Source: a virus
Lineage: Duplodnaviria > Caudoviricetes
Reading direction: 5' to 3' (one strand)
DNA: 32,493 nt
IMG/VR virus record: IMGVR_UViG_3300049049_000088
Coordinates: 1-32,493 of that record
The notes beneath the pieces are model-generated. The model made no database searches, was not told the origin of the DNA, and saw nothing but the letters and a program-made list of their open reading frames with translations. Positions 10,480 through 16,848 of the stretch are shown one piece after another; position 1 is the first letter of the stretch, and every line of letters begins with the position of its first letter. Both the position numbers and the translations under genes were made by a program.

Positions 10480-11474
10480 CACGCGGCCTTCAGTTCCGCC
10501 GCGCGCTCGGCTTCCAGCTTGGCCTGGCCTTCGCGCTCCAGGGCCGCCATGCGCTTGATTGCCGCCTTGCAGTCCGAGAACGGGCCGAGCGCCATCCACA
10601 GCGCTTGCTTGTCTTCGTTGTCCTCGATGTGGCAGACCTCGCCCCACATGCCCGGCTCGTCGTTGACGTTGAACAGGGCCAAGGCAGCACCGGCGGCCTG
10701 GCGGACGGCCTTGGCGCGCTGGGCGGTTGGCAGGCCCAGGTACTTCGGGTGCGTCAGCGGGTCTTCGACGTTGAAGGTGATCCCTTCGCCAGCCTCGGTG
10801 TTCAGGTGGTGCACGGCGGCGTCGAGCCGGTCAGACTTCGGCCAGGTCTTGTAGGCGCGCTTGATGACGGTCTTCTTGACCATCTCGCCCTCGTCGGTGA
10901 CCCACGGGCACTTCTTCTTCGGGTCCTTCTGGTAGGCGATCCAGGCGTCTGATCGGTCGCGGATGTCGAAGACCTCTTGCGCAGTCATCGTGCACGTCAG
11001 GAAGTCGCCCGAGTGCGTCTTGACCACCACGTAGACGCCGACAAGTGCGCCACGCTCGCGGCTGAACGGCTTGCGGCTGTGCGTCGGCGGCTGGTCGAAG
11101 CCGTTCATGGCGAACGTGTCTTCGGCATAGACCAGCTCAGCCTGTCCCCACATGATGGAGCCCGACTGGATGGCCAGGTCGAGCAGGCCCATGTAGCTGA
11201 TGACCAGGCAGATGGCGCCCTTGCGCGGCACCAGATACGCCTGCTTCTTCGCCGGGTTCAGACTGATACCGATTGCCGCGATGTTGGTCACCGCATCGCG
11301 CACCGATTGCGGGTTCTCGCGGGCAATCCGAACCGCGTACTCGCTGGCGCAAATGGCCTGAATGGCGAATTCGGCCTCACGGGCGAAGGTGATGCTCTTG
11401 TCCACGCTGGCCCGCTCGAACAGCGGCGCCACGTCATAGACGATCTTGTCAACGGGGATCAGTTCGTTTGCCAT
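10479..11474 (-). CDS. recT: RecT-family ssDNA-annealing recombinase
   Basis: AAIGISLNP...AYLVPR...ISYMGLLDLA..SG...PWVTDEGEMVKKTVIKRAYKTWP; ATG at 11474 with a GGAG RBS. Confidence 0.9.
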   Translation of the reverse strand: MANELIPVDKIVYDVAPLFERASVDKSITFAREAEFAIQAICASEYAVRIARENPQSVRDAVTNIAAIGISLNPAKKQAYLVPRKGAICLVISYMGLLDLAIQSGSIMWGQAELVYAEDTFAMNGFDQPPTHSRKPFSRERGALVGVYVVVKTHSGDFLTCTMTAQEVFDIRDRSDAWIAYQKDPKKKCPWVTDEGEMVKKTVIKRAYKTWPKSDRLDAAVHHLNTEAGEGITFNVEDPLTHPKYLGLPTAQRAKAVRQAAGAALALFNVNDEPGMWGEVCHIEDNEDKQALWMALGPFSDCKAAIKRMAALEREGQAKLEAERAAELKAA

Positions 11475-11593
11475 CTCATCTCCCAGAAAGGTCGCACCTA
11501 CCAGTTGCCCCCTGGCTTTTGCCCACGTGCCTCGGACTTCCCCTGCGGAAAGAACTCGTGTGCTCACCCCGCTACTGGGGTCGGTGCGGTTGT

Positions 11594-12013
11594 TCAGATT
11601 CGGTGCAGGCGGGCGTCGATGTCGTCGAACCAGTCAGACACGAACTCGCGCACCCAGCGCCACCCACGGGCAGCAATGCCGTCGCTGGTGTCGTCGGGCT
11701 CAGCGAAGGCGGTTGCCACACCGGCAGCAGCCACTTCGGCGCAGTTCTCGCGGCACGGCAGCCGACCCTGGCGGCACGAGTGGCCACGGCAGCCGGTGCC
11801 GGCCATGTGCGCCACCGACTCAGCCACCAGGCGATCGCGCTCCTGCTCGGCCTTGAAGTCCAGCAGCCCGCAGCGGCGCGAGTGCATGGCGATCTCGGCG
11901 TACACCTCGCGTTCGTGCTGGCGCATGCAAAGGTCGTCTTCGCGCAGTCCCCGCAAGAGCGTGGTGCGTTCGTCGCGGTCAGCGTCGGTCAGGGGGCGGG
12001 TGATGCGTTGCAT
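11594..12013 (-). CDS. Hypothetical phage protein with a CxGxxCxQGRxPC motif
   Basis: MQRITRPL...GCRGHSCRQGRLPCRENC; GGAG RBS. Confidence 0.65.
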   Translation of the reverse strand: MQRITRPLTDADRDERTTLLRGLREDDLCMRQHEREVYAEIAMHSRRCGLLDFKAEQERDRLVAESVAHMAGTGCRGHSCRQGRLPCRENCAEVAAAGVATAFAEPDDTSDGIAARGWRWVREFVSDWFDDIDARLHRI

Positions 12014-12015
12014 GG

Positions 12016-12156
12016 TCACTCCCAGTTGGGTCCGTAGATGAGGCAGGCGCGATCCCAGTCGCGGCAATCGGCCCAGCGGGCAAGGCAGAAGTAGCCGGTC
12101 ACGCCGATGGCGGCAGCGAGCAGCGGGGCGAGCACGTTGGCGGCGAGGCGCTTCAT
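12016..12156 (-). CDS. Small membrane protein (46 aa; MKRLAANVLAPLLAAAIGVTGYFCLARW...)
   Basis: Translated by hand; ATGA-coupled to the upstream gene and fills the gap exactly; hydrophobic N-terminus. Confidence 0.55.
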   Translation of the reverse strand: MKRLAANVLAPLLAAAIGVTGYFCLARWADCRDWDRACLIYGPNWE

Positions 12157-12596
12157 ACTTCCGCCCTCAGCGCCAGAGCCAGGTCAAGCCGCGCCACCAC
12201 ACCGGCTGCATGCACATGGGCCAGCAGTGCTTCGGTGATGGCGTCGTCACGCTCACCGTCCAGCAGCGCATTCACGTTCTGCGCGCCGATGAACAGGTCG
12301 TGGAGTTCGATGTGCTCGTCGTGCGGCGGTTCGTAGAGGCCACCGCGGCAGGCTTTGGTGTACGTGAAGTGCGCCGTTACCTCGACACCATCGACGGTCA
12401 CCGTGGCGGCTTCGACGTTCGGGAGCTTCGGCGCGGGCGCTTCGGCCTCGTCGCACAGCAGCTCGACAGCGCTGCGCAGGCAGCCGATCTGGTACAGCAT
12501 CCTCGCCCGCTCGGCTTCGTTCCCGGTGGCGCCCGGCAGGTAGGCGGCCGAGTCAGCCTCGGCGCGCTGAAGAAGGGTTCGTGCTCGGTTGGTCAT
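12153..12596 (-). CDS. Hypothetical phage protein (147 aa)
   Basis: ATGA coupling with a GGGAG RBS; starts MTNRA. Confidence 0.7.
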   Translation of the reverse strand: MTNRARTLLQRAEADSAAYLPGATGNEAERARMLYQIGCLRSAVELLCDEAEAPAPKLPNVEAATVTVDGVEVTAHFTYTKACRGGLYEPPHDEHIELHDLFIGAQNVNALLDGERDDAITEALLAHVHAAGVVARLDLALALRAEV

Positions 12597-12819
12597 GACG
12601 CGCTCCCAACGTCGTCATGGAGTTCCTCCCACTGCTCGCGCAGTGCGTTGGCCTCGTCCCAGCCGCGCAACCAAGCCCATTGGTGCGGCAGGTGGATGCC
12701 CTTCGGGTACTGGTTGCGGAAGAAGCCATCGAGACAGGCTTGATGGCCGTTCTGGTGGTGCTCGCGTTCCTCGGGGGTCGCGTCCGGGTGCTCGGCTCGG
12801 TTGGTCATGACGCGCTCCC
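12583..12819. repeat. 25-bp direct repeat GCTCGGTTGGTCATGACGCGCTCCC flanking the Rmf-like gene
   Basis: Identical copies at 12583-12607 and 12795-12819. Confidence 0.95.
12593..12808 (-). CDS. Rmf/CrpP-like small protein (71 aa)
   Basis: GHQACLDG...NQYP...AWLRGWDEA resembles the Rmf pattern G..A...G.....PY...WL.GW. Confidence 0.55.
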   Translation of the reverse strand: MTNRAEHPDATPEEREHHQNGHQACLDGFFRNQYPKGIHLPHQWAWLRGWDEANALREQWEELHDDVGSAS

Positions 12820-12969
12820 GGTGGCCTTGGCGAGGGCGGCGCGAAGGCTCTGCGCGAGCAACATCGCCTTGTTCGGCTGAGGCTGACCGTCAGGGCCGTC
12901 CACCACGTCTTCTTGGTCCTCGACGAATTCGAGCGCGTCTCGCAGCGCCTCAAGAATCTGGGTGCTCAT
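12805..12969 (-). CDS. Hypothetical phage protein (54 aa; MSTQILEALRDALEFVED...RAALAKATGSAS)
   Basis: Translated by hand; ATGA-coupled downstream; LEAL...AALAKA.G pattern common in phage early genes. Confidence 0.65.
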   Translation of the reverse strand: MSTQILEALRDALEFVEDQEDVVDGPDGQPQPNKAMLLAQSLRAALAKATGSAS

Positions 12970-12974
12970 GGCGC

Positions 12975-13130
12975 TCAGACCTTGACGAAGACGCCACGCA
13001 CCAGAACTTGTCCGGTGAGCTTGAAAAGCGTCCGACTCAGCAGGTTTGCTCTGTCAGCTTGCTGAGCGAAGACTGCGCGAAGGATCTCGTCCTTCAGTTG
13101 CAGAGCTTGGGTGGCTTCACGGTTGGTCAT
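12975..13130 (-). CDS. First gene of the pL operon (51 aa; MTNREATQALQLKDEILRAVF...)
   Basis: Translated by hand; strong GGAGG RBS about 30 nt downstream of the pL -10. Confidence 0.6.
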   Translation of the reverse strand: MTNREATQALQLKDEILRAVFAQQADRANLLSRTLFKLTGQVLVRGVFVKV

Positions 13131-13169
13131 CTCGTCCTCCGGTGCGTCAGTGGTGACGCGTTGGAAGAG

Positions 13170-13211
13170 AGTATCGGCAATGCCTATCTACATGTCAAGT
13201 GCATTGCCTAT
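13170..13211 (-). promoter_or_regulatory. pL promoter with two OL operators
   Basis: Minus strand TTGACA (13198-13193), 17 bp, GATACT (13175-13170). 15-bp operators ATCGGCAATGCCTAT (13173-13187) and AAGTGCATTGCCTAT (13197-13211) match the OR sites. Confidence 0.85.
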
Positions 13212-13221
13212 ATTTTTGAAC

Positions 13222-13246
13222 AAAGGAAAACCCGCACTCGGCGGGC
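13222..13246 (-). terminator. Intrinsic terminator of the cI (immunity) operon
   Basis: CCCGC-5 nt-GCGGG hairpin (13231-13245) followed on the minus strand by TTTTCCTTTG, just after the HNH stop. Confidence 0.7.
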
Positions 13247-13251
13247 TGGGG

Positions 13252-13533
13252 TCAGTCGTTCGGCCGGCTTCGACAGCCACGCATGTCGCGCTTGGTCTTC
13301 TCTTTGTGCGCCTCGACGGTCAGCCATTGCATGTTGTCCGGCGCGTCAGGGCCGCCGCACTTGAGCGCGTGGATGTGGTCCACCTGCCAGCCTGGGCAGG
13401 CGCCGCGCGGCTTGCCTGTGACCGGGCAGGGGTGCTGCTTCTTGAAGAAAACCACCGCGGCGGTTGACCGACCGGTAGCGGCTCCTGCTTGTAGGGCGGC
13501 TACAAACAACAGCAGGCAAACTGTCAGGCGCAT
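13252..13533 (-). CDS. HNH endonuclease-like protein with an N-terminal signal peptide
   Basis: MRLTVCLLLFVAALQAGA signal-like leader, then HPCP.TG...GACPGWQVDHIHALKCGGPDAPDNMQWL...H..KT. Confidence 0.8.
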   Translation of the reverse strand: MRLTVCLLLFVAALQAGAATGRSTAAVVFFKKQHPCPVTGKPRGACPGWQVDHIHALKCGGPDAPDNMQWLTVEAHKEKTKRDMRGCRSRPND

Positions 13534-13537
13534 GTGC

Positions 13538-13915
13538 TCAACGCTCAATGTCGGCGAGCACGTCACCGAGGTCATCGATCTCGGATCTGGCTCGGTCGGC
13601 CGCCTCCTTCACCTTGCTGTAAAGGTCGCGTTTGACGCTGGTTGCCGCTTGGTTGGCCTTGATGGCGTACTTGTTCTCTATGTTCAAAAGGACAAGCTCA
13701 ACCTCATTCAGCGCAGCGAGATCACATGACACGTCGTTGCCCATCGCGCAACTCTGTGTCCGGGCGTCCCTTAGTTTGCCAATTGCCTCCCGAAGGGCGC
13801 GGATGCTCTCCAGCCGCCTGGCCTCCATCTGGCCATAAACATCCCAGACGTTCTGGGCGCCAGCCGAGCCAGGCCACAGAAAGCACGCTGTCATGAGCGC
13901 GATAGCGCCCTTCAT
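13538..13915 (-). CDS. Exported alpha-helical protein (signal peptide, one Cys pair)
   Basis: MKGAIALMTACFLWPGSAGA|QN.. with an AxA cleavage motif; ATGA coupling with a GGAGAGG RBS. Confidence 0.7.
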   Translation of the reverse strand: MKGAIALMTACFLWPGSAGAQNVWDVYGQMEARRLESIRALREAIGKLRDARTQSCAMGNDVSCDLAALNEVELVLLNIENKYAIKANQAATSVKRDLYSKVKEAADRARSEIDDLGDVLADIER

Positions 13916-14172
13916 GCGTCCTCTCCGAAAACCCGCTTCATCATCCCGTACCACAGGGCGCCTGCCATCTGACTTGCGAACCCAGGGTTCCGGTGCGTCT
14001 CTCCGCATGCGCTGTAGTAGTACCGGCGGTCTTCTTCCATAGCTGAATAGACCAAGCCCACGATTTCCCCAGCCTCCGCGCGCTTCAGCAGGGTCCGAAG
14101 GCACGTCACGGTGTCACTCGACACCCGGCGCGTTCTGAGCTGCACCAGTTGAAACGGACGGCTCCGGCTCAT
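13912..14172 (-). CDS. Hypothetical protein coupled to cI (86 aa)
   Basis: MSRSRPFQLV...DTVTCLRTLLKRAEAGEIVGL; ATGA overlap with the cI stop. Confidence 0.7.
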   Translation of the reverse strand: MSRSRPFQLVQLRTRRVSSDTVTCLRTLLKRAEAGEIVGLVYSAMEEDRRYYYSACGETHRNPGFASQMAGALWYGMMKRVFGEDA

Positions 14173-14678
14173 GCTGCCCCCTTCTTGCTGCTGATGCGCG
14201 TAGCCCTTACGACTACGCCAGATCGGCCCACTCGGCGCTCCCTCTGAGACTGCTGATCCTCCGTCTCCTTCTCTTCCGCTTGGTTCGGTTCTATCCACGG
14301 TTTCACCTCCACAGTGACTCCGGGCAGCTTCGACGCTTCGACCATTCGCAGCAAAAGAGCCGCCTCGGGATGCGCAAGGTTCGCCGAAATAACCGCGACG
14401 CGATTAGGTGTTTCCGATGTGTATCTGTTCAGCGCTGGCTCACTCGTTGGGCCTGTGTCAGGGAGCACATCGCCAAGTCCCCAGTGCTCGGGGCTCACCA
14501 CGTCAGCGAAGTACGCAACCAAGTGGTTGATGTGCCGCTTGTCTACCCGGCCGAACTTCAACCACTCCGACACGGACGGCTGGCTGATGCCGAACTCTTC
14601 GGCCACATCCCTTTGTTTGACGCCCTTCATCTCCATCGCAAGACGGATGGCGTCCCCAAGTTCTGATCCATTGAGCAT
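14169..14678 (-). CDS. cI: CI-like repressor (XRE HTH), no recognisable S24 peptidase domain
   Basis: LGDAIRLAMEMKGVKQRDVAEEFGISQPSVSEWLKFGR HTH; divergent from cro across the operator region. Confidence 0.85.
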   Translation of the reverse strand: MLNGSELGDAIRLAMEMKGVKQRDVAEEFGISQPSVSEWLKFGRVDKRHINHLVAYFADVVSPEHWGLGDVLPDTGPTSEPALNRYTSETPNRVAVISANLAHPEAALLLRMVEASKLPGVTVEVKPWIEPNQAEEKETEDQQSQRERRVGRSGVVVRATRISSKKGAA

Positions 14679-14683
14679 GCAGG

Positions 14684-14747
14684 ATTCCAACAGGCAGCGC
14701 CTATAACAGGCAATGCACTTGCGCTTGCCATCGGTAATGCCTATAGT
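14684..14747. promoter_or_regulatory. OR region: three operators, pR and a probable pRM
   Basis: Operators ACAGGCAGCGCCTAT (14690-14704), ACAGGCAATGCACTT (14706-14720) and ATCGGTAATGCCTAT (14730-14744); consensus ATAGGCAnTGCCTAT. pR is TTGCGC (14719-14724), 17 bp, TATAGT (14742-14747). Weak leftward -10 TGGAAT (14689-14684). Confidence 0.85.
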
Positions 14748-14753
14748 GCAGGC

Positions 14754-14987
14754 ATGAACGGTATCGATCGGGCCATCAAGCACTTCGGCAGCCAGGCGGC
14801 CATGGCCTCCGCCTTGAGGGTGAGCCAGCCGACGATCAGTGAATGGCTCCGCGGTGAACGCCGCGTACCGGCCGAGCGCTGCCCAGAGATCGAACGCGAG
14901 ACGCAAGGTGTCGTGCGCTGCGAAGACCTCCGCCCCGATGTGGCGTGGGACGTTCTGCGCATGCAAACCGGCCAGCAGGCGGCCTGA
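14754..14987 (+). CDS. cro: Cro-like (YdaS-type) HTH regulator
   Basis: FGSQAAMASALRVSQPTISEW...VPAERCPEIE..T.G.V..EDLRPDV.W. Confidence 0.9.
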   Translation: MNGIDRAIKHFGSQAAMASALRVSQPTISEWLRGERRVPAERCPEIERETQGVVRCEDLRPDVAWDVLRMQTGQQAA

Positions 14988-15161
14988 ATGGAAACCCCCC
15001 TCGTGCCCTGCACGGGCCAACCCGCCCCCGACAACCGCGAGCACTGGCCCTGCGCTGACTGCAAGCGCCTGGCGCCTCTGGGCGTGGTTCCTGTGATGCC
15101 CATTGCCCCCGCGATTCAGATCGCGGATGGGATGGCGTTCTGTGGCAACAAGGTGGAGTAG
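14988..15161 (+). CDS. Small 4-Cys hypothetical protein (57 aa; METPLVPCTG...CADCKR...FCGNKVE)
   Basis: Translated by hand; ATG directly follows the cro stop. Confidence 0.5.
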   Translation: METPLVPCTGQPAPDNREHWPCADCKRLAPLGVVPVMPIAPAIQIADGMAFCGNKVE

Positions 15162-15322
15162 GGCATGCATCAAAGCACCCGCCCAGCGCGCCACATCGAC
15201 ACAAGCCGCGCGATCAGCTCGCGCACTTTGTGTTCGGACCAGGCCCGGAGTTGTTCGTTCGTTTCCATGCCGGCCATTGTTTTGGCCCGCCACTGATAAG
15301 ACTTGAGAAGAGGGGATAGCAA

Positions 15323-15709
15323 GTGGTATCGACGCGGATCAAAGCCCGGACAACGCCCACAGAGAAGCAGCTCACGCTGTGCTTTGAGCCTGGCCTCGTG
15401 GAGCGCTACGGCAGCCTGCGCGAGTGCATCGCCACTGGCATCTATCAGCGGGGCCTGACCAACGTTGCGCCCACGCTGGAGAAGGCGCCCGGGAACCTCA
15501 GCGTGGAGCTGAGCGAAGACCCGACGCGCAAGTTCGGCGTCGACAGCCTGGAGCGCTACATCGAGAAGTTCGATGACCTGACGCCCATCTATTACTTGGT
15601 GGAGAAGTTCCTCCACAAGCACGAAGCCGAGCACGACGCTGCGCTTGCGCAGATTCAGCCGCTGCTTGAGCAACTTGGCCCACTGTTGAAGAGAGCGGGG
15701 TTGGCATGA
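15323..15709 (+). CDS. CII-like regulatory protein
   Basis: Position after cro; helical HTH-like segment (LTNVAPTLEKAPGNLSVELS); GAGGGG RBS before GTG. Confidence 0.6.
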   Translation: MVSTRIKARTTPTEKQLTLCFEPGLVERYGSLRECIATGIYQRGLTNVAPTLEKAPGNLSVELSEDPTRKFGVDSLERYIEKFDDLTPIYYLVEKFLHKHEAEHDAALAQIQPLLEQLGPLLKRAGLA

Positions 15710-16110
15710 GCAAAGCGATCACCTATCTATGCGGCGGCCGTGAAATGACCGCCCAGCAGCTCATCAGCAGCGCGCCAAAGGCGCCGCCGAAATCCAGTCT
15801 CGCTCCCAAACGCACCAACGACCGCGACGCGGCCACGGTGAGCGCTGGGTTTGTCGTCAGCGGCTACCCGGCCGATTTCATGGCGTCGGTCCACGCCGAG
15901 TATGCGCGCCGCATCAAGGCCGCCGAGGCGAGCGTCAAGGAGCGTCACCCGGGGACGATCGATGAGTTCCTCGTGAGTTGGAAGCGCCACAACAAGCCGC
16001 GTCGCATCGGCCGACCGTATTCGCTTGCTCAGGCCGCAGAGACATGCGCCGAGCTGGCGCGCAAGGCCGGGTGGCTGGATGTGCGCGTTGAAGAGCTGAT
16101 GAAGGCCTAA
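15706..16110 (+). CDS. Hypothetical phage protein (134 aa)
   Basis: ATGA coupling to the cII-like gene; plausible composition. Confidence 0.6.
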   Translation: MSKAITYLCGGREMTAQQLISSAPKAPPKSSLAPKRTNDRDAATVSAGFVVSGYPADFMASVHAEYARRIKAAEASVKERHPGTIDEFLVSWKRHNKPRRIGRPYSLAQAAETCAELARKAGWLDVRVEELMKA

Positions 16111-16248
16111 CCCCCAGGCACGCCAATGCAAACGCGCAAACCCTACTGCCGCCCGTACCGATTCCCGCCCGCCCAGGGCAAAGCGGGCCAGCGTTTTTGC
16201 GCAGCTCGAAGCCGTCAGGCAAACCATGGGCCCAAGGAGTGAACACCC

Positions 16249-16497
16249 TTGAAACCAATCGACTGGAAGCGCGCGCAGTTCCCGCCAGGCGAGAAGCACA
16301 AAAACAAGTGCTGGATGTGCGGCTGCCACTTGACCTTCGAGATTGCGACGGTCGACCACCTCAAGCCCAAGTCGTTGGGCGGGCTCAACAGGGCGAGCAA
16401 CTTTCGGCTCGCCTGCATTCGGTGCAACTCAGCACGCGGGAACCAGCCTCTGACCAAACCCCAGAGGCGCGCCCTGTACGGAAGGACCACAGCATGA
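16249..16497 (+). CDS. HNH endonuclease
   Basis: CWMC...TVDHLKPKSLGG.N...N..LAC..CN..RG; AAGGAG RBS with a TTG start. Confidence 0.85.
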   Translation: MKPIDWKRAQFPPGEKHKNKCWMCGCHLTFEIATVDHLKPKSLGGLNRASNFRLACIRCNSARGNQPLTKPQRRALYGRTTA

Positions 16498-16697
16498 AGA
16501 CCCAAGCCGAGAAGCTGCTGCACCACTTGCGCCGCCGACCCATGACCTACATGGAGTTGATCTCGCTGGGCATCAGCGTGTGCCCGTGGCGCCGGTTGTC
16601 ACCCGATGAAGTCGAGCCGCACCTTCGGCCCGGCGAAAAGATCAGCCGCAAGCTCAATGGCCGCGGCCTGGTGACTCTGCGCGTGGTGCGGGGCTGA
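16494..16697 (+). CDS. Small winged-HTH-like protein (67 aa)
   Basis: MKTQAEKLLHHLRRRPMTYMELISLGI; ATGA coupling with a GAAGGA RBS. Confidence 0.6.
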   Translation: MKTQAEKLLHHLRRRPMTYMELISLGISVCPWRRLSPDEVEPHLRPGEKISRKLNGRGLVTLRVVRG

Positions 16698-16848
16698 GTT
16701 GTTCACCGCTTCGCCATTCGCTGCACAGATCTGTGCACAGGCTTGTCCACAGAGTGCCAGCGTTTCGCTCATTCCCTCAGCAGTTGCACCGATCGCACTC
16801 GTGGCCCACCAAAGCAGCATAGGCACACCCCAATATCAAGGCAGTTAA

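Noticed and set aside
11493-11588. tRNA, hammerhead ribozyme or c-di-GMP riboswitch in the recT leader
   Set aside because: No T-loop/CCA, no CUGAnGA...GAAA core and no GEMM consensus; kept only as an unassigned structure.
4702-12819. Direct repeats read as a CRISPR array, integron attC sites or IS target duplications
   Set aside because: Each pair has a different sequence, the spacers are whole genes, and there is no attC-like palindrome, cas gene, transposase or terminal inverted repeat.
14679-15293. N-terminal extension of the 374-aa ORF 14169-15293
   Set aside because: It overlaps the OR operators and cro antisense; the HTH starts at the ATG at 14678.
16126-16242. 38-aa ORF MQTRKPYCRP...
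   Set aside because: Weak RBS and no recognisable motif; cannot be supported, although it fills the gap.
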